A DNA stretch of 64,000 nucleotides from Escherichia coli (GTDB lineage Bacteria; Pseudomonadota; Gammaproteobacteria; Enterobacterales; Enterobacteriaceae), in assembly GCF_003334765.1 (NCBI RefSeq), contig NZ_QOWT01000004.1. One strand, 5' to 3'. The stretch's first letter is position 1; every line of letters starts with the position of its first letter. The notes beneath the pieces are model-generated. The model ran no database searches. It was not told where the DNA came from and worked only from the letters and a program-made list of their open reading frames with translations. Position numbers and translations under genes: made by a program. Of the stretch, positions 1 through 15,258 are shown in pieces.

Positions 1-495
1 CTGCAAGACGCCCTCGGCGATCGCTTTTTGCTGGTGACGCAGAATATCGACAACCTGCATGAACGCGCAGGTAATACCAATGTGATTCATATGCATGGGG
101 AACTGCTGAAAGTGCGTTGTTCACAAAGTGGTCAGGTTCTCGACTGGACAGGAGACGTTACCCCAGAAGATAAATGCCATTGTTGCCAGTTTCCGGCACC
201 CTTGCGCCCGCACGTAGTGTGGTTTGGCGAAATGCCACTCGGCATGGATGAAATTTATATGGCGTTGTCGATGGCCGATATTTTCATTGCCATTGGCACA
301 TCCGGGCATGTTTATCCGGCGGCTGGGTTTGTTCACGAAGCGAAACTGCATGGCGCGCACACCGTGGAACTGAATCTTGAACCGAGTCAGGTTGGTAATG
401 AATTTGCCGAGAAATATTACGGCCCGGCAAGCCAGGTGGTGCCTGAGTTTGTTGAAAAGTTGCTGAAGGGATTAAAAGCGGGAAGCATTGCCTGA
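1..495 (+). CDS. cobB: NAD-dependent protein deacylase (sirtuin) CobB, 3' portion; gene starts upstream of window
   Basis: Open frame from position 1 in frame with ORF 28..495; translation matches CobB C-terminal region from memory. Confidence 0.85.
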   Translation: MQDALGDRFLLVTQNIDNLHERAGNTNVIHMHGELLKVRCSQSGQVLDWTGDVTPEDKCHCCQFPAPLRPHVVWFGEMPLGMDEIYMALSMADIFIAIGTSGHVYPAAGFVHEAKLHGAHTVELNLEPSQVGNEFAEKYYGPASQVVPEFVEKLLKGLKAGSIA

Positions 496-500
496 TGCAC

Positions 501-585
501 TACGCTTATCAGGCCTGCAAGGGGACGCAATTAATTGAATTTGCGGGTTTTGTGGGCCGGATAAGGCGTTCGCGCCCCATCCGGC
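501..585. repeat. REP/BIME-like palindromic units in cobB-ycfZ intergenic region (approx.)
   Basis: Sequences tacgcttatcaggcctgc and gccggataaggcgttcgcgccccatccggc resemble the REP consensus. Confidence 0.55.
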
Positions 586-614
586 ATAATACACGCGCAC
601 TTTTCCGGCCTCTT

Positions 615-1403
615 TTATCGTTTACTCGTCAATAACAATGCGGCAATAAACGTACAGACACCAATTAGCCCTGCCCAGAGTGGCGATATTCTGGTAATCG
701 CAAAGCTATTATCGATATACAAACATAAAGCCTGATAACCCATATTGGCAATAGTCATCGCCACTGCAAATTTTAACGCATAAATAAAACGAGTCGTGTA
801 GTAAAAGATCCTGGAAAATAAGATAAACGTCGCAGCCCAGGCGATAAAACCTAATGTGTTGGTGCTGCCGGGGGGAGCATTTTCATGCTGTTGTCCTGGA
901 TGCGGATAATACGTTAGTGGCGGCGTCGATTGTTTTAATATCTGTGCTTGTAGAACAGCCAATGCATTATTGATTCCCTGATACCAGAGATCTGCATTTA
1001 AATAAGCCAGCGTGTGATTTTCTATCAGAAGGCCGAGATGTTTATCGTCCAGACCACTTTCAACCTGGCCGTTGGTGATCATAATTAACCGTGGTTCGCG
1101 GGTAGTAAATAGTAACAGAACACTTCCTTTTACATCACTCAATGAAGATGACGCATGCGCCAGCATCGCTTTACCATTTTGTCTGAGACTGGCTTCATTA
1201 TTAATGTCGGGTAAAACCACAATAAACGGTGCAATTCCCGTTTGTTGGCGAAAAAGCTCGGCTTTATGCGCGATCTCTTCAGCATCTGGTACAGTACCGG
1301 TAACGTCCGTAAAAAGTGTCTTCATTATTGGAATTAATGGCTTGCTGGCTGCTGTCAGAGGCAGGAGTATCAGTAAACTGAGCAGTATAATGAATTTTTT
1401 CAT
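615..1403 (-). CDS. ycfZ: Inner membrane protein YcfZ
   Basis: 262-aa ORF with signal peptide and hydrophobic C-terminus; position and length match K-12 ycfZ. Confidence 0.8.
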   Translation of the reverse strand: MKKFIILLSLLILLPLTAASKPLIPIMKTLFTDVTGTVPDAEEIAHKAELFRQQTGIAPFIVVLPDINNEASLRQNGKAMLAHASSSLSDVKGSVLLLFTTREPRLIMITNGQVESGLDDKHLGLLIENHTLAYLNADLWYQGINNALAVLQAQILKQSTPPLTYYPHPGQQHENAPPGSTNTLGFIAWAATFILFSRIFYYTTRFIYALKFAVAMTIANMGYQALCLYIDNSFAITRISPLWAGLIGVCTFIAALLLTSKR

Positions 1404-1861
1404 GGGCGGGACTTCCGTTTCCTGCGTGATTTTTTAGAGGAGGGCATACTTATTAATAAACCGACGGCGATAAAAATAACGCCCATAATGCCGATAAACC
1501 CCCATTTAAAAAAATTAACCCACGGGTTATTTATCTCAGCCTTTTCAGGATGCCCGGGAGAATAATAAACATTAACTTTATCGCCTTCGCTGTCTTCATA
1601 AAAATCGCTGCCGATACTCGAATTGAAAATTAGCGTGTAATCTGGCGTCGGTCGAAAGGCAATGACGGGATACCACGAACCATCTTTACCCGTGCGATGA
1701 GAATGACTGGAGTGCCAGACGGTATCAACAATGACGCCTTCGGTATGAATCGCGTCTTTGCTATAGGTGAACTGGTTATAAAAGACAACAACAGAAATGA
1801 GGATCAGTACCAGACCGATACCGAGGAATATACGAAAGAAAACTTTACTGTCCTGACTCAT
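1400..1861 (-). CDS. ymfA: Inner membrane protein YmfA (DUF3592-type); start trimmed to MSQDSK
   Basis: 156-aa ORF; K-12 YmfA is 153 aa; synteny between ycfZ and potD. Confidence 0.75.
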   Translation of the reverse strand: MSQDSKVFFRIFLGIGLVLILISVVVFYNQFTYSKDAIHTEGVIVDTVWHSSHSHRTGKDGSWYPVIAFRPTPDYTLIFNSSIGSDFYEDSEGDKVNVYYSPGHPEKAEINNPWVNFFKWGFIGIMGVIFIAVGLLISMPSSKKSRRKRKSRP

Positions 1862-1918
1862 TAGCCACATCCTTGCTAACTAAAAAACGGGCGGTAATAC
1901 CACCGCCCGCTTGCTGAA

Positions 1919-2965
1919 TTAACGTCCTGCTTTCAGCTTCTGATAATACTCTTCATAAATGCTGCTGGCTGCGCCAACGTCATTCTGCCATTCGCCATTT
2001 TTAATGGTTTCAGCATCCGGGTAGAGTGTTTTATCGTTCGCCACTTCTGGACTTAACAGCTTACGCGCCGCAAGGTTTGGCGTTGGATAACCGATAGTTT
2101 CAGCAACCTGTTTTGCCACATCCGGGCGCAGCAGGAAGTTGATCAATTTCAGCGCGCCTTCTTTGTTTTTGGCATTTGCCGGGATCGCCAGGCTGTCCAT
2201 CCAGAAAATGCCGCCTTCTTTCGGCCACACCACGTCAATTGGCGTACCCGCCTGGCGTGCAACGAAAGCAGAACCGTTCCAGATCATGCCGAGGTTAACT
2301 TCGCCTTCCATGTACGGGTTCGCCGGGTTATCGGAGTTAAAGGCTGCCACGTTTGGCATCAGTTTTTTCAGCTCGTTATATGCAGCTTCAATCTCTTTCG
2401 GATCGGTGGTGTTACCGGAGTAGCCCAGCTTACGCAGCGCCATCTGGAACACTTCACGGGCATCGTCGGTCAACAGCAGGCTGCCTTTGTACTCTGGCTT
2501 CCACAGATCGGCCCAGCTGGTGACAGATTTCGGATCCACCGCATCACCGTTAACACCAATCGCCGTCGCACCCCAGATATACGGAATGGAGTAGTCGTTA
2601 TTCGGGTCAAAAGGCTTGTTGAGCATGTCTGGATCGAGATTGCTGAAGTTTGTTAACTTCGACTTGTCGATCTTCTGGATCATCCCTTCTTTACGCATTT
2701 TATCAACGTAATAGGTTGAAGGAACCACCAGATCATAGGCACCGTCTTTGTATGTTTTCAGCTTGGCGTACATGGTTTCGTTCGACTCGTAAGTCGAATA
2801 GATAACCTTAATACCGGTTTCTTTGGTGAACTGTTCAAGCAGTCCTGGCGGCACGTACTCGGTCCAGTTGTAGAAATACAGCGTGTTGTTGTCATCGGCG
2901 TGAGCGGCGCTCATGCCCAGTGCCAGAGCACCCGCCGCGAGCAGGTGGCGTGACCATTTTTTCAT
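1919..2965 (-). CDS. potD: Spermidine/putrescine ABC transporter periplasmic binding protein PotD
   Basis: 348-aa ORF with signal peptide; matches PotD. Confidence 0.95.
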   Translation of the reverse strand: MKKWSRHLLAAGALALGMSAAHADDNNTLYFYNWTEYVPPGLLEQFTKETGIKVIYSTYESNETMYAKLKTYKDGAYDLVVPSTYYVDKMRKEGMIQKIDKSKLTNFSNLDPDMLNKPFDPNNDYSIPYIWGATAIGVNGDAVDPKSVTSWADLWKPEYKGSLLLTDDAREVFQMALRKLGYSGNTTDPKEIEAAYNELKKLMPNVAAFNSDNPANPYMEGEVNLGMIWNGSAFVARQAGTPIDVVWPKEGGIFWMDSLAIPANAKNKEGALKLINFLLRPDVAKQVAETIGYPTPNLAARKLLSPEVANDKTLYPDAETIKNGEWQNDVGAASSIYEEYYQKLKAGR

Positions 2966-3756
2966 TTAACGTCCCCTGTGTTACCTTTCGTTTTATCACG
3001 AGCAATAAGCTGGCTGGCAATAACCATCACCAGCGACAGCACCAGTAATATGGTTGCCAGCGCGTTAACTTCCGGCGATACGCCGACTTTGACCATCGAA
3101 TAAATTTTTAACGGCAGAATTTCATAACTTGGTCCGGTGACGAACGAAGAAACTACCACATCGTCCATCGACAGGGTAAAGCTTAACACCCAGCCCGCCG
3201 CCACCGCTGGCATTGCCAGTGGCAGAATGATTTTTCGCAGAATGGTAAATTCGCTGGCACCGAGATCTTTCGCCGCTTCCAGCATTCGCACGTCAAAACC
3301 TTTCAGGCGCGAATACACCGTCACCACCACAAATGGCAGGCAGAAGGTGATATGCGAGAACAGCAGCGACCAGAAGCCAAGCTGAATACCCAGCAGCATA
3401 AACAGCACCAGCAGCGAAATCGCCATCACGATATCTGGTGACATCATCACCACAAACAGCATTCCGCTAACGAACGGCTTACCACGAAAGCGATAACGGT
3501 ACAGCGCAACTGCCGTCAGTGAACCGATAAGCGTAGCAAACGTCGCCGAAAACACCGCCATTGTTAGTGAATGCTGCGCTGCCTGTAACAGGCTGTCGTT
3601 GTTCATCAGCAGGCTATACCATTTGGTGGTAAAACCCTGCCAGTTGATGCCAAAGCGCGAGCTGTTAAAGGAGTTCACAATCAAAATAATGATTGGGATA
3701 TACAGGTACGCGTAGATAGCGGTCATAAAACCGCCGCGAAGCAGTCGACCGATCAT
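2962..3756 (-). CDS. potC: Spermidine/putrescine ABC transporter permease PotC
   Basis: 264-aa polytopic membrane ORF; 4-bp overlap with potD. Confidence 0.95.
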   Translation of the reverse strand: MIGRLLRGGFMTAIYAYLYIPIIILIVNSFNSSRFGINWQGFTTKWYSLLMNNDSLLQAAQHSLTMAVFSATFATLIGSLTAVALYRYRFRGKPFVSGMLFVVMMSPDIVMAISLLVLFMLLGIQLGFWSLLFSHITFCLPFVVVTVYSRLKGFDVRMLEAAKDLGASEFTILRKIILPLAMPAVAAGWVLSFTLSMDDVVVSSFVTGPSYEILPLKIYSMVKVGVSPEVNALATILLVLSLVMVIASQLIARDKTKGNTGDVK

Positions 3757-4610
3757 TCGAGTTCCACCTTCTTATTCAGCAAACGAGAAGCGCGCCAGTA
3801 AACCAGCAACATCAGGCCCATTACGATAGTCAGCGTAATGCTGGTAGCTGCACCAAACGGCCAGTCACGAATATTAAGGAACTGGACCTTGATGACGTTA
3901 CCGATCAGCAGGTTTTTCGCACCGCCCATCAGGTCGGATACATAGAACAGGCCCATCGCTGGCAGCATCACCAGCAGACATCCGGCAATAATTCCCGGCA
4001 TCGTCAGTGGAATAATGATACGGATAAAAGTCTGTAACTTGCTGGCACCGAGATCGCGCGCCGCCTCAAGCAACGGCTTATCCAGTTTTTCGATACTGGA
4101 GTACAGCGGCATCACCATAAACGGCAGCAGAATGTAAACCAGACCGATAATCACCGCACTGGGCGTGAACATGATACGGATTGGTGTGTCGATAACGCCC
4201 AGCCAGAGCAAAAACTCGTTGAGATAGCCTTTGGTGCTGAGGAAAATTTTCAGCCCGTAGATACGAATTAATGAGTTGGTCCAGAACGGAACAATCAGCA
4301 GAAACAGCAGCAGCGGACGCACCTTGTGTGGCAACTTCGCCAGAAACCAGGCAAACGGGTAGCCCAGCACCAGGCAGGCGAGGGTGGCGATCAGCGCCAT
4401 ATTCAGCGAGTGCAATAGCACTTCAAAATAGAGCGGATCGAGCAGACGCGTGTAGTTATCCAGCGTAAAGACCATTTTGACAAAACTGGCGTCGTCGCGG
4501 GTCAAAAAGCTGGTGCCAATGATCATCAGGTTGGGCAGAAAGACAAACAACACAAGCCAACCGACAATAGTGACAATCACTACATTCTGGAACTTACTTG
4601 TGTTCTTCAT
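3753..4610 (-). CDS. potB: Spermidine/putrescine ABC transporter permease PotB (start codon uncertain; longest ORF given)
   Basis: 285-aa membrane ORF overlapping potC and potA ends; annotated PotB may start slightly downstream. Confidence 0.9.
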
Positions 4611-5730
4611 CAGCCAGTACGACCTCCCAGCTTTCTACCCAATTAATGGCCATTTTTTGGTCGAGAGAGTGGTCAAAGTCAGGATCGTCTTCATTGAAGA
4701 ATTCGCTGACCATCACCATCTTGCCATTTTCCAGTTCAACAACCGACTCCAGCGTCATGCCTTTGTAGTTACGCTCGCGAACGTAACCAATCAGCCCTTC
4801 AGCGTGGTTGTCGTCGTTAATCTCTTCAACACGTAAGTCTTCCGGGCGCAGCAGAACATGCAGTTTTTGCCCCGGTTCAACGGCGAAGTTAACGTAGATA
4901 TTACATTCGCGGCCTTCAACGTTGGCGCGTACGCGCTGCTCGTCTAGACGTTCGATGACAGTGGCGTTAAACATATTGATTTCGCCAATGAAGCCGGCAA
5001 CAAACAGGTTTTTCGGCTCTTCGTAGATTTCACGCGGCGTGCCGTCTTGCTCAATGCGACCATCGCGCATCACCACAATCCTGTCTGACATGGTGAGTGC
5101 TTCTTCCTGGTCGTGAGTCACAAAGACGAATGTAATGCCAAGCTTACGCTGTAACGCTTTCAGCTCGTTCTGCATTTGCTTACGCAGTTTGTAATCCAGC
5201 GCTGAGAGCGACTCATCCAGCAACAACAGACGAGGCTTGTTAACCACCGCGCGAGCAATGGCGACGCGTTGCTGTTGACCACCAGAGAGCTGATGCGGTT
5301 TGCGTTGAGCGAAGGTTTCCAACTGCACCATCCGCAGGGCTTCCATCACGCGGGGCGTAATTTCAGCAGCGGGGGTTTTTTGCATGCGCAACCCAAAGGC
5401 CACATTTTCGAACACGGTCATGTGGGGGAAAAGTGCGTAGCTTTGGAAAACAGTGTTCACATAGCGGTTTTCCGCCGGAACGTGGGTGATGTCCTCGTTA
5501 TCCAGCATGATGCGTCCGGAATCAACAGTTTCCAGACCTGCAATCAGGCGAAGAACGGTTGTTTTACCGCAGCCAGAAGGGCCAAGCAGCGTGAGGAACT
5601 CGCCATTGTTGATAGTCAGATCCAGCTGGGGAATGACCTCTTTACCATCAAAGCATTTGCGAATTCCCGCCAATTGCACCAGCGGTGAAAGCGAACTCGG
5701 TTGTTTATTCAATTTTTTACTCTGTCCCAT
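4594..5730 (-). CDS. potA: Spermidine/putrescine ABC transporter ATPase PotA
   Basis: 378-aa ORF with Walker [13 protein letters not shown] signature LSGGQQQR and Walker B LLLLDE. Confidence 0.95.
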
Positions 5731-5979
5731 GTAAACGCAACGGATGGCTTACCGATGCGGGGTTTGTGGTTAACCACCTTGGTGACTCTTAATGAGGGCG
5801 GTAATTCTACGGCAAACCGCTTGAATCGCCAATCTTTGTTGTGAATTACTGGCTTAGCTTTATATTCATTAAGGTAATGCTGATAAATATTCCCGCTTGC
5901 AGGGGTAAAAGTGACCTGACGCAATATTTGTCTTTTCTTGCTTCTTAATAATGTTGTCACAAAAAGTGAGGGTGACTAC

Positions 5980-7206
5980 ATGGATAAACTACTTGAGCGA
6001 TTTTTGAACTACGTGTCTCTGGATACCCAATCAAAAGCAGGGGTGAGACAGGTTCCCAGCACGGAAGGCCAATGGAAGTTATTGCATCTGCTGAAAGAGC
6101 AGCTCGAAGAGATGGGGCTTATCAATGTGACCTTAAGTGAGAAGGGCACTTTGATGGCGACGTTACCGGCTAACGTCCCTGGCGATATCCCGGCGATTGG
6201 CTTTATTTCTCATGTGGATACCTCACCGGATTGCAGCGGCAAAAATGTGAATCCGCAAATTGTTGAAAACTATCGCGGTGGCGATATTGCGCTGGGTATC
6301 GGCGATGAAGTTTTATCACCGGTTATGTTCCCGGTGCTGCATCAGCTACTGGGTCAGACGCTGATTACCACCGATGGTAAAACCTTGTTAGGTGCCGATG
6401 ACAAAGCAGGTATTGCAGAAATCATGACCGCGCTGGCGGTATTGCAACAGAAAAAAATTCCGCATGGTGATATTCGCGTCGCCTTTACCCCGGATGAAGA
6501 AGTGGGCAAAGGGGCGAAACATTTTGATGTTGACGCCTTCGATGCCCGCTGGGCTTACACTGTTGATGGTGGTGGCGTAGGCGAACTGGAGTTTGAAAAC
6601 TTCAACGCCGCGTCGGTCAATATCAAAATTGTCGGTAACAATGTTCATCCGGGCACGGCGAAAGGAGTGATGGTAAATGCGCTGTCGCTGGCGGCACGTA
6701 TTCATGCGGAAGTTCCGGCGGATGAAAGCCCGGAAATGACAGAAGGCTATGAAGGTTTCTATCATCTGGCGAGCATGAAAGGCACCGTTGAACGGGCCGA
6801 TATGCACTACATCATCCGTGATTTCGACCGTAAACAGTTTGAAGCGCGTAAACGTAAAATGATGGAGATCGCCAAAAAAGTGGGCAAAGGGTTACATCCT
6901 GATTGCTACATTGAACTGGTGATTGAAGACAGTTACTACAATATGCGCGAGAAAGTGGTTGAGCATCCGCATATTCTCGATATCGCCCAGCAGGCGATGC
7001 GCGATTGCGATATTGAACCGGAACTGAAACCGATCCGCGGTGGTACCGACGGCGCGCAGTTGTCGTTTATGGGATTACCGTGCCCGAACCTGTTCACTGG
7101 CGGTTACAACTATCATGGTAAGCATGAGTTTGTGACTCTGGAAGGTATGGAAAAAGCGGTGCAGGTGATCGTCCGTATTGCCGAGTTAACGGCGCAACGG
7201 AAGTAA
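5980..7206 (+). CDS. pepT: Peptidase T (tripeptide aminopeptidase); start trimmed to MDKLLERF (408 aa)
   Basis: ORF 5938..7206 has a 14-codon in-frame extension; M20-family sequence matches PepT. Confidence 0.93.
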
Positions 7207-7214
7207 GCGAAAAG

Positions 7215-7239
7215 GGATGCGGCATGTGATGCCGCATCC
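7215..7239. terminator. Bidirectional hairpin between convergent pepT and roxA (approx.)
   Basis: Inverted repeat ggatgcggcat-gtg-atgccgcatcc. Confidence 0.55.
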
Positions 7240-7254
7240 GGCTTAAATCCAAAC

Positions 7255-8376
7255 TTACCCTTCGAAGAACCAATACCCGCTATTGACCAGCGCCGCGAGC
7301 ATCGCGAGGAATGACGGATCTTCCAGCGCATCGCCAAAATTCTCCGCAGTCAGCGCAATGTTGCTGGCGAGTGCATCCAGTGCCGGACGGTGCGGGGAAT
7401 CGATCTTCTCACCATTGGCATACACGTCGTCGCCAATGCGCAATACGCGCAGACCACCCAGGCGCACCAGCACTTCACCTTGTTTCAGCGCATCGTAGAT
7501 TTCATCCGGCTGATAAGGCGGCTCTGGCGGCGCGATATCCAGTTCATGACGTGACTGGGATATAAACTCGCCAAACCATTGCTTAAAGTGTTCCGGCTGG
7601 TTGATCAATTCGAGCATCATCTCACGCAGTTTATCCATCTCTTGCGGCAGAACATCCGCAGGATGAGCGCGAGGTGGAACATCCGGATCGCTGTAGTAGT
7701 TGCCGCCCAGTTCACGTTGCAGCACATAATCGGCAAATCCACTAATCAGTTCCCGCGTATTTGGCGCGCGAAAGCCCACGGAATAGTTCATCGCATTTTC
7801 CAGCGCGTAGCCTTCATGCGGGAATCCTGGCGGAATATAAAGAATATCACCAGGCTCCAGCTCTTCATCGATGATGGCTTCGAACGGATCGACCTGTAAC
7901 AGATCCGGATGTGGGCAGTGCTGTTTCATTTGCAGCTTTTCGCCCACTCGCCAGCGACGACGTCCGGTACCCTGAATGATAAACACGTCGTACTGATCGA
8001 GATGCGGACCGACGCCGCCGCCGGGTACAGAAAAAGAAATCATCAGATCATCAATACGCCAGTCCGGTAGTTCACGGAACGGTCGCATCAGCGCGGCGGT
8101 CGGCTCATGCCAGTGGTTCACTGCCTGTACCAGTAATGACCAGTTGGTTTCACCGAGATGATCGTAGCTTTCGAACGGGCCGTGGCTGACCTGCCATTTG
8201 CCATCCTGGTGACTGACCAGTCGACTGTCAACTTCGCTTTCCATCGCCAGACCCGCCAACTCGTCTGGAGAGATCGGGTCAATAAAATTATTAAAGCCGC
8301 GTTTTAACACCACCGGGCGTTTCTGCCAGTGACGTTCAAGAAAATCGGGCCAGTTAAGAGTGAGTTGGTATTCCAT
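7255..8376 (-). CDS. roxA: Ribosomal protein uL16 arginine hydroxylase RoxA/YcfD (JmjC/cupin); start trimmed to MEYQL (373 aa)
   Basis: 376-aa ORF; matches YcfD. Confidence 0.9.
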   Translation of the reverse strand: MEYQLTLNWPDFLERHWQKRPVVLKRGFNNFIDPISPDELAGLAMESEVDSRLVSHQDGKWQVSHGPFESYDHLGETNWSLLVQAVNHWHEPTAALMRPFRELPDWRIDDLMISFSVPGGGVGPHLDQYDVFIIQGTGRRRWRVGEKLQMKQHCPHPDLLQVDPFEAIIDEELEPGDILYIPPGFPHEGYALENAMNYSVGFRAPNTRELISGFADYVLQRELGGNYYSDPDVPPRAHPADVLPQEMDKLREMMLELINQPEHFKQWFGEFISQSRHELDIAPPEPPYQPDEIYDALKQGEVLVRLGGLRVLRIGDDVYANGEKIDSPHRPALDALASNIALTAENFGDALEDPSFLAMLAALVNSGYWFFEG

Positions 8377-8451
8377 GTTAAGCATCCACAGGCTGGTATC
8401 TGCAACCGATTATAACGGATGCTTAACGTAATGCGTGAAGTATGGGCATAT

Positions 8452-9912
8452 TTATTCATCTTTCGGCGCAGAATGCTGGCGACCAAAAATCACCTCCATC
8501 CGCGCACCGCCCAGCATGCTCTCTCCGGCGACGATTTTACCCTCATATTGCTCGGTGATTTCGCGGGCTACCGCCAGCCCTACACCTTGCCCAGGGCGTA
8601 AAGTATCAACCCGTTGACCACGGTCGAAAATGACCTCTCGCTTGCTTAATGGAATACCGGGGCCATCATCCTCGACCACAATATAGAGATGCTCGTCGGT
8701 TTGCCTTGCAGAAATTTCGACAAACTCGAGGCAATATTTACAGGCATTATCCAGCACGTTGCCCATCACCTCGACAAAATCGTTCTGCTCACCGACAAAG
8801 CTGATCTCTGGCGAAATATCGAGAGAGATATTGACCCCTTTGCGTTGATACACTTTGTTCAGCGCTGAGGTGAGATTGTCCAGCAGTGGGGCGACCGGAT
8901 GCAGCTCGCGGCTGAGCAATGTCCCGCCGCGCATACTGGCACGATGCAGGTAGTAGCCAATTTGCTGTGAAATGCGGCTGATTTGCTCCAGCATTACCGG
9001 CTCAGCATCACTGACGCTCATCTTTTCACTACGCAGAGAACGCAGCGTACTTTGCAGCACCGCCAGTGGCGTTTTCAGACTATGGGTCAGGTCGGTGAGC
9101 GTCGTACGGTATTTGTCGTAACGTTCGCGTTCACTTTTTAACAATCGGTTCAGGTTTCGTACCAGACTGGTCAGTTCTCGCGTTGTGGCTGGATTGAGCA
9201 ATTCGCGGTTATGTTCTTCCAGTTCGCGGACTTCTTTTGCCAGGGCTTCGATGGGGCGTAAACTCCACCAGGCGGCGACCCACAGCAGCGGGATCACTAA
9301 CAGCAGATTGGCTGAGAGCACATAGATAAACCAGCTCCAGACCATATAGGAACTTTTTAGCTCCACCGGAATGGTATCCACCACCACAATGGTTAATTTT
9401 GGCATCCGCGATGTTGCCGGGTAGACGTTTACTGCCACCGAGTGGGTCATCTCCGCGTCGTCATCATCTTCCCGCACTTCCTGCAACTGTTGCTGTATCG
9501 AATGATCTCCACTCAGCAAGAGGCTGGTATCGTTAACATCCGCTTCAATTTCATGAAAACCATTCGATTTCAGCCAGTCAGGCTGGATCATCTTCATCAG
9601 CCAGGGCACGTCACGTTGCGCCCATAAAAGCTGCCCGTTCTCATCATAAATTAGCGTCATGGTGGGGCTTTGCTTGTCGATATTTTCGGGTAACTCGACA
9701 TGCAACTTATTGTTTTCCCACTTCGCAAGGGTATAGAACAGATTGCTCTCGCCACGTAACAGCCGAAACGTAGTTTTATCGAAACTGACGCTATAACCGA
9801 TCAGCGCGACCATTCCGTAGGCAAGCGAAAGCACCAGTACTACCGCTGCCGTTGCCAACAGAAAACGTACCCGCAGCGAGAGCGGGAAAAAAAGACGCAG
9901 TAATTTTTTCAT
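8452..9912 (-). CDS. phoQ: Sensor histidine kinase PhoQ
   Basis: 486-aa ORF with two TM segments, periplasmic domain and HisKA/HATPase motifs; 1-nt overlap with phoP. Confidence 0.96.
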   Translation of the reverse strand: MKKLLRLFFPLSLRVRFLLATAAVVLVLSLAYGMVALIGYSVSFDKTTFRLLRGESNLFYTLAKWENNKLHVELPENIDKQSPTMTLIYDENGQLLWAQRDVPWLMKMIQPDWLKSNGFHEIEADVNDTSLLLSGDHSIQQQLQEVREDDDDAEMTHSVAVNVYPATSRMPKLTIVVVDTIPVELKSSYMVWSWFIYVLSANLLLVIPLLWVAAWWSLRPIEALAKEVRELEEHNRELLNPATTRELTSLVRNLNRLLKSERERYDKYRTTLTDLTHSLKTPLAVLQSTLRSLRSEKMSVSDAEPVMLEQISRISQQIGYYLHRASMRGGTLLSRELHPVAPLLDNLTSALNKVYQRKGVNISLDISPEISFVGEQNDFVEVMGNVLDNACKYCLEFVEISARQTDEHLYIVVEDDGPGIPLSKREVIFDRGQRVDTLRPGQGVGLAVAREITEQYEGKIVAGESMLGGARMEVIFGRQHSAPKDE

Positions 9913-10583
9913 CAGCGCAATTCGAACAGATAGCCCTGGCCGCGAACGGTGGTAATCACTTCTTGGGGATATTGTGCCTGAATTTTTTTGCGCAGACGTC
10001 CCATCAGTACATCAATGGTATGGCTTTCCCGCAGCTCCGCATCCGGATAGAGTTGGAGCATTAACGAATCTTTGCTGACCACTTTGCCATTATTGCGTAT
10101 CAACGTTTCCATAATGGTGTATTCGAACGCGGTCAGTTTGATCACTTCGTCATTAATAGATAATTCACGGCGAGAGAGATCAACCTGAAACGGGGGGAGC
10201 GAAATGACCTGTGAAGCCAGACCGCTATTACGCCGCATTAATGCCTGCATTCGCGCCATCACCTCTTCAATATGAAACGGTTTAGTCACATAATCATCAG
10301 CACCGGCACTTAATACTTCGACTTTGTCCTGCCAGCTTTCACGGGCGGTTAATACCAGAATCGGCAGTGAAACATCGTTGCTACGCCAGCGGCGAATCAG
10401 TGACAGACCGTCCTCGTCTGGCAATCCGAGATCGACAATCGCAATATCCGGTATATGTTCATTGAGATAATAATCGGCTTCTTTGGCATCTTCTGCGTCA
10501 TCGACCTGATGACCAGCATCCTGAATCTGAACTTTAAGGTGGTGACGTAACAACGCATTGTCTTCAACAACCAGTACGCGCAT
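9912..10583 (-). CDS. phoP: Response regulator PhoP (OmpR family)
   Basis: 223-aa ORF starting MRVLVVEDN with receiver and winged-helix regions. Confidence 0.96.
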   Translation of the reverse strand: MRVLVVEDNALLRHHLKVQIQDAGHQVDDAEDAKEADYYLNEHIPDIAIVDLGLPDEDGLSLIRRWRSNDVSLPILVLTARESWQDKVEVLSAGADDYVTKPFHIEEVMARMQALMRRNSGLASQVISLPPFQVDLSRRELSINDEVIKLTAFEYTIMETLIRNNGKVVSKDSLMLQLYPDAELRESHTIDVLMGRLRKKIQAQYPQEVITTVRGQGYLFELR

Positions 10584-10643
10584 TTTTATTTCTCCCTGTC
10601 TTAATTATTAAAATAGTGTAACGCGATTATGTGGTTATGGGGG

Positions 10644-10660
10644 TAAACATTAAATAAACC
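10644..10660 (-). promoter_or_regulatory. PhoP box (direct repeat GGTTTA-N5-TGTTTA) in phoPQ promoter (approx.)
   Basis: Plus strand taaacattaaataaacc; reverse complement ggtttatttaatgtttA matches the PhoP-box consensus (T/G)GTTTA-N5-(T/G)GTTTA. Confidence 0.7.
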
Positions 10661-10751
10661 AGCGGGGAGGGGAGGTAAAGTGAAAAAATAAAAAGCGGAT
10701 AATCTTAATAAGCAGGCCGGACAGCATCGCCATCCGGCACTGATACGAGGT

Positions 10752-12125
<1,374 letters not shown>

Positions 12126-12767
12126 TCACAACTCCGGGGTTAAATGAGCAAGAATTTGTTTTGCCTGAGTGGTCAGGCGATTACGAGAAAACATCAGTTG
12201 CAGACGTCCGCCGCCGACCTGGTGCCAGAGCACGGCGGCGCGAATGCCTGCCAGCAGGGTTGCGCGAACTTTCGCCTGCACTTGTGGGCTTTGCAGTACA
12301 GCAGGGGAACCGGTGACCTGAATGCGCGGGCCAAGCGGGCTAATCACATCAACATAGATAGCAGCCATCGCGCTCATCAGCGTTTCGGACTGTAAATCGA
12401 AGTGTTCGAGCTGGCGTTGCAGGCCGTTGATCCGGTTGCCCAGAGTGTCGAGCGCGCCTTTCGCTGAGGAGAGTTTGCGCTCAAGCACCATCAAGCTGAG
12501 TGTGTAGCGGGTTAATTCGGCGTTTAAGCCCTGGCGACTGCTGGCATTGAGCACGCCGAGCAGGGTTTCCAGCCCGACGCGCAGGTTGGCTTCGCTACCG
12601 CCAAAAACCGCCAGCGTCGAGCTGGGGTTCATATCAATAATACTGTTGAGTGAGACGTGTAGCGCATCGGCATCACAATGCCCCTGGTGAGCGAGTTGTT
12701 GCACCAGGCGTGCCGACTGACAAATACCGGCCAGGGCGAGGGTGATGTCATAGTAATTCTTTGCCAC
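12126..12767 (-). CDS. hflD: High-frequency lysogenization protein HflD; probable GTG start (213 aa)
   Basis: 215-aa ORF reads [19 protein letters not shown]; known HflD starts MAKNYYDIT. Confidence 0.9.
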   Translation of the reverse strand: MAKNYYDITLALAGICQSARLVQQLAHQGHCDADALHVSLNSIIDMNPSSTLAVFGGSEANLRVGLETLLGVLNASSRQGLNAELTRYTLSLMVLERKLSSAKGALDTLGNRINGLQRQLEHFDLQSETLMSAMAAIYVDVISPLGPRIQVTGSPAVLQSPQVQAKVRATLLAGIRAAVLWHQVGGGRLQLMFSRNRLTTQAKQILAHLTPEL

Positions 12768-12802
12768 GTTCACTGCTTCCTTGTTTTAAGTAAAGATAAT
12801 AA

Positions 12803-14424
<1,622 letters not shown>

Positions 14425-14433
14425 TTTGCATCC

Positions 14434-15087
14434 TTAATCTGTCACTTCTCGCCATTCACCATTGGCAAGATTATCCAAAGAGTAATCACCCATCGCATAG
14501 CGAATCAGTCGCAGCGTGGGGAAGCCAACATGGGCGGTCATGCGGCGCACCTGGCGATTACGTCCTTCATATAAGGTGATCTTCAGCCAGCTGGTGGGAA
14601 TACTTTTGCGTTCACGAATTGGTGGATTCCGCGGCCATAACCACGCGGGTTCGTCAACCAGCTCCGCGCCGGCGGGCAGGGTAGGGCCATCATTTAAGGT
14701 TACGCCATTGCGCAAGGCTTCAAGTGCGTCTTGTGTGGGAATACCTTCCACCTGCACATAATAGATTTTTCCGGTGCGTTTACCCGGCTGGGTTAAACGC
14801 GCCTGCAACGCGCCGTTATTGGTCAGCACCAGCAACCCTTCGCTATCGCGGTCAAGGCGACCTGCTGCATAAACACCCTGAACCGGGATGAATTCTTTTA
14901 ATGTTTTGCGTCCGGCTTCATCGGTGAACTGCGGAAGAACATCGTAGGGTTTATTGAACAGGATCACACGCGTGGGCTGGTTTTCAGGTTTACGCCTGGT
15001 AGAACGTTGCGAGCTGAATCGCTTAACCTGGTGATTTCTAAAAGAAGTTTTTTGCATGGTATTTTCAGAGATTATGAATTGCCGCAT
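14434..15087 (-). CDS. rluE: 23S rRNA pseudouridine(2457) synthase RluE
   Basis: 217-aa ORF; matches RluE. Confidence 0.9.
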
Positions 15088-15258
15088 TATAGCCTAATAA
15101 CGCGCATCTTTCATGACGGCAAACAATAGGGTAGTATTGACAAGCCAATTACAAATCATTAACAAAAAATTGCTCTAAAGCATCCGTATCGCAGGACGCA
15201 AACGCATATGCAACGTGGTGGCAGACGAGCAAACCAGTAGCGCTCGAAGGAGAGGTGA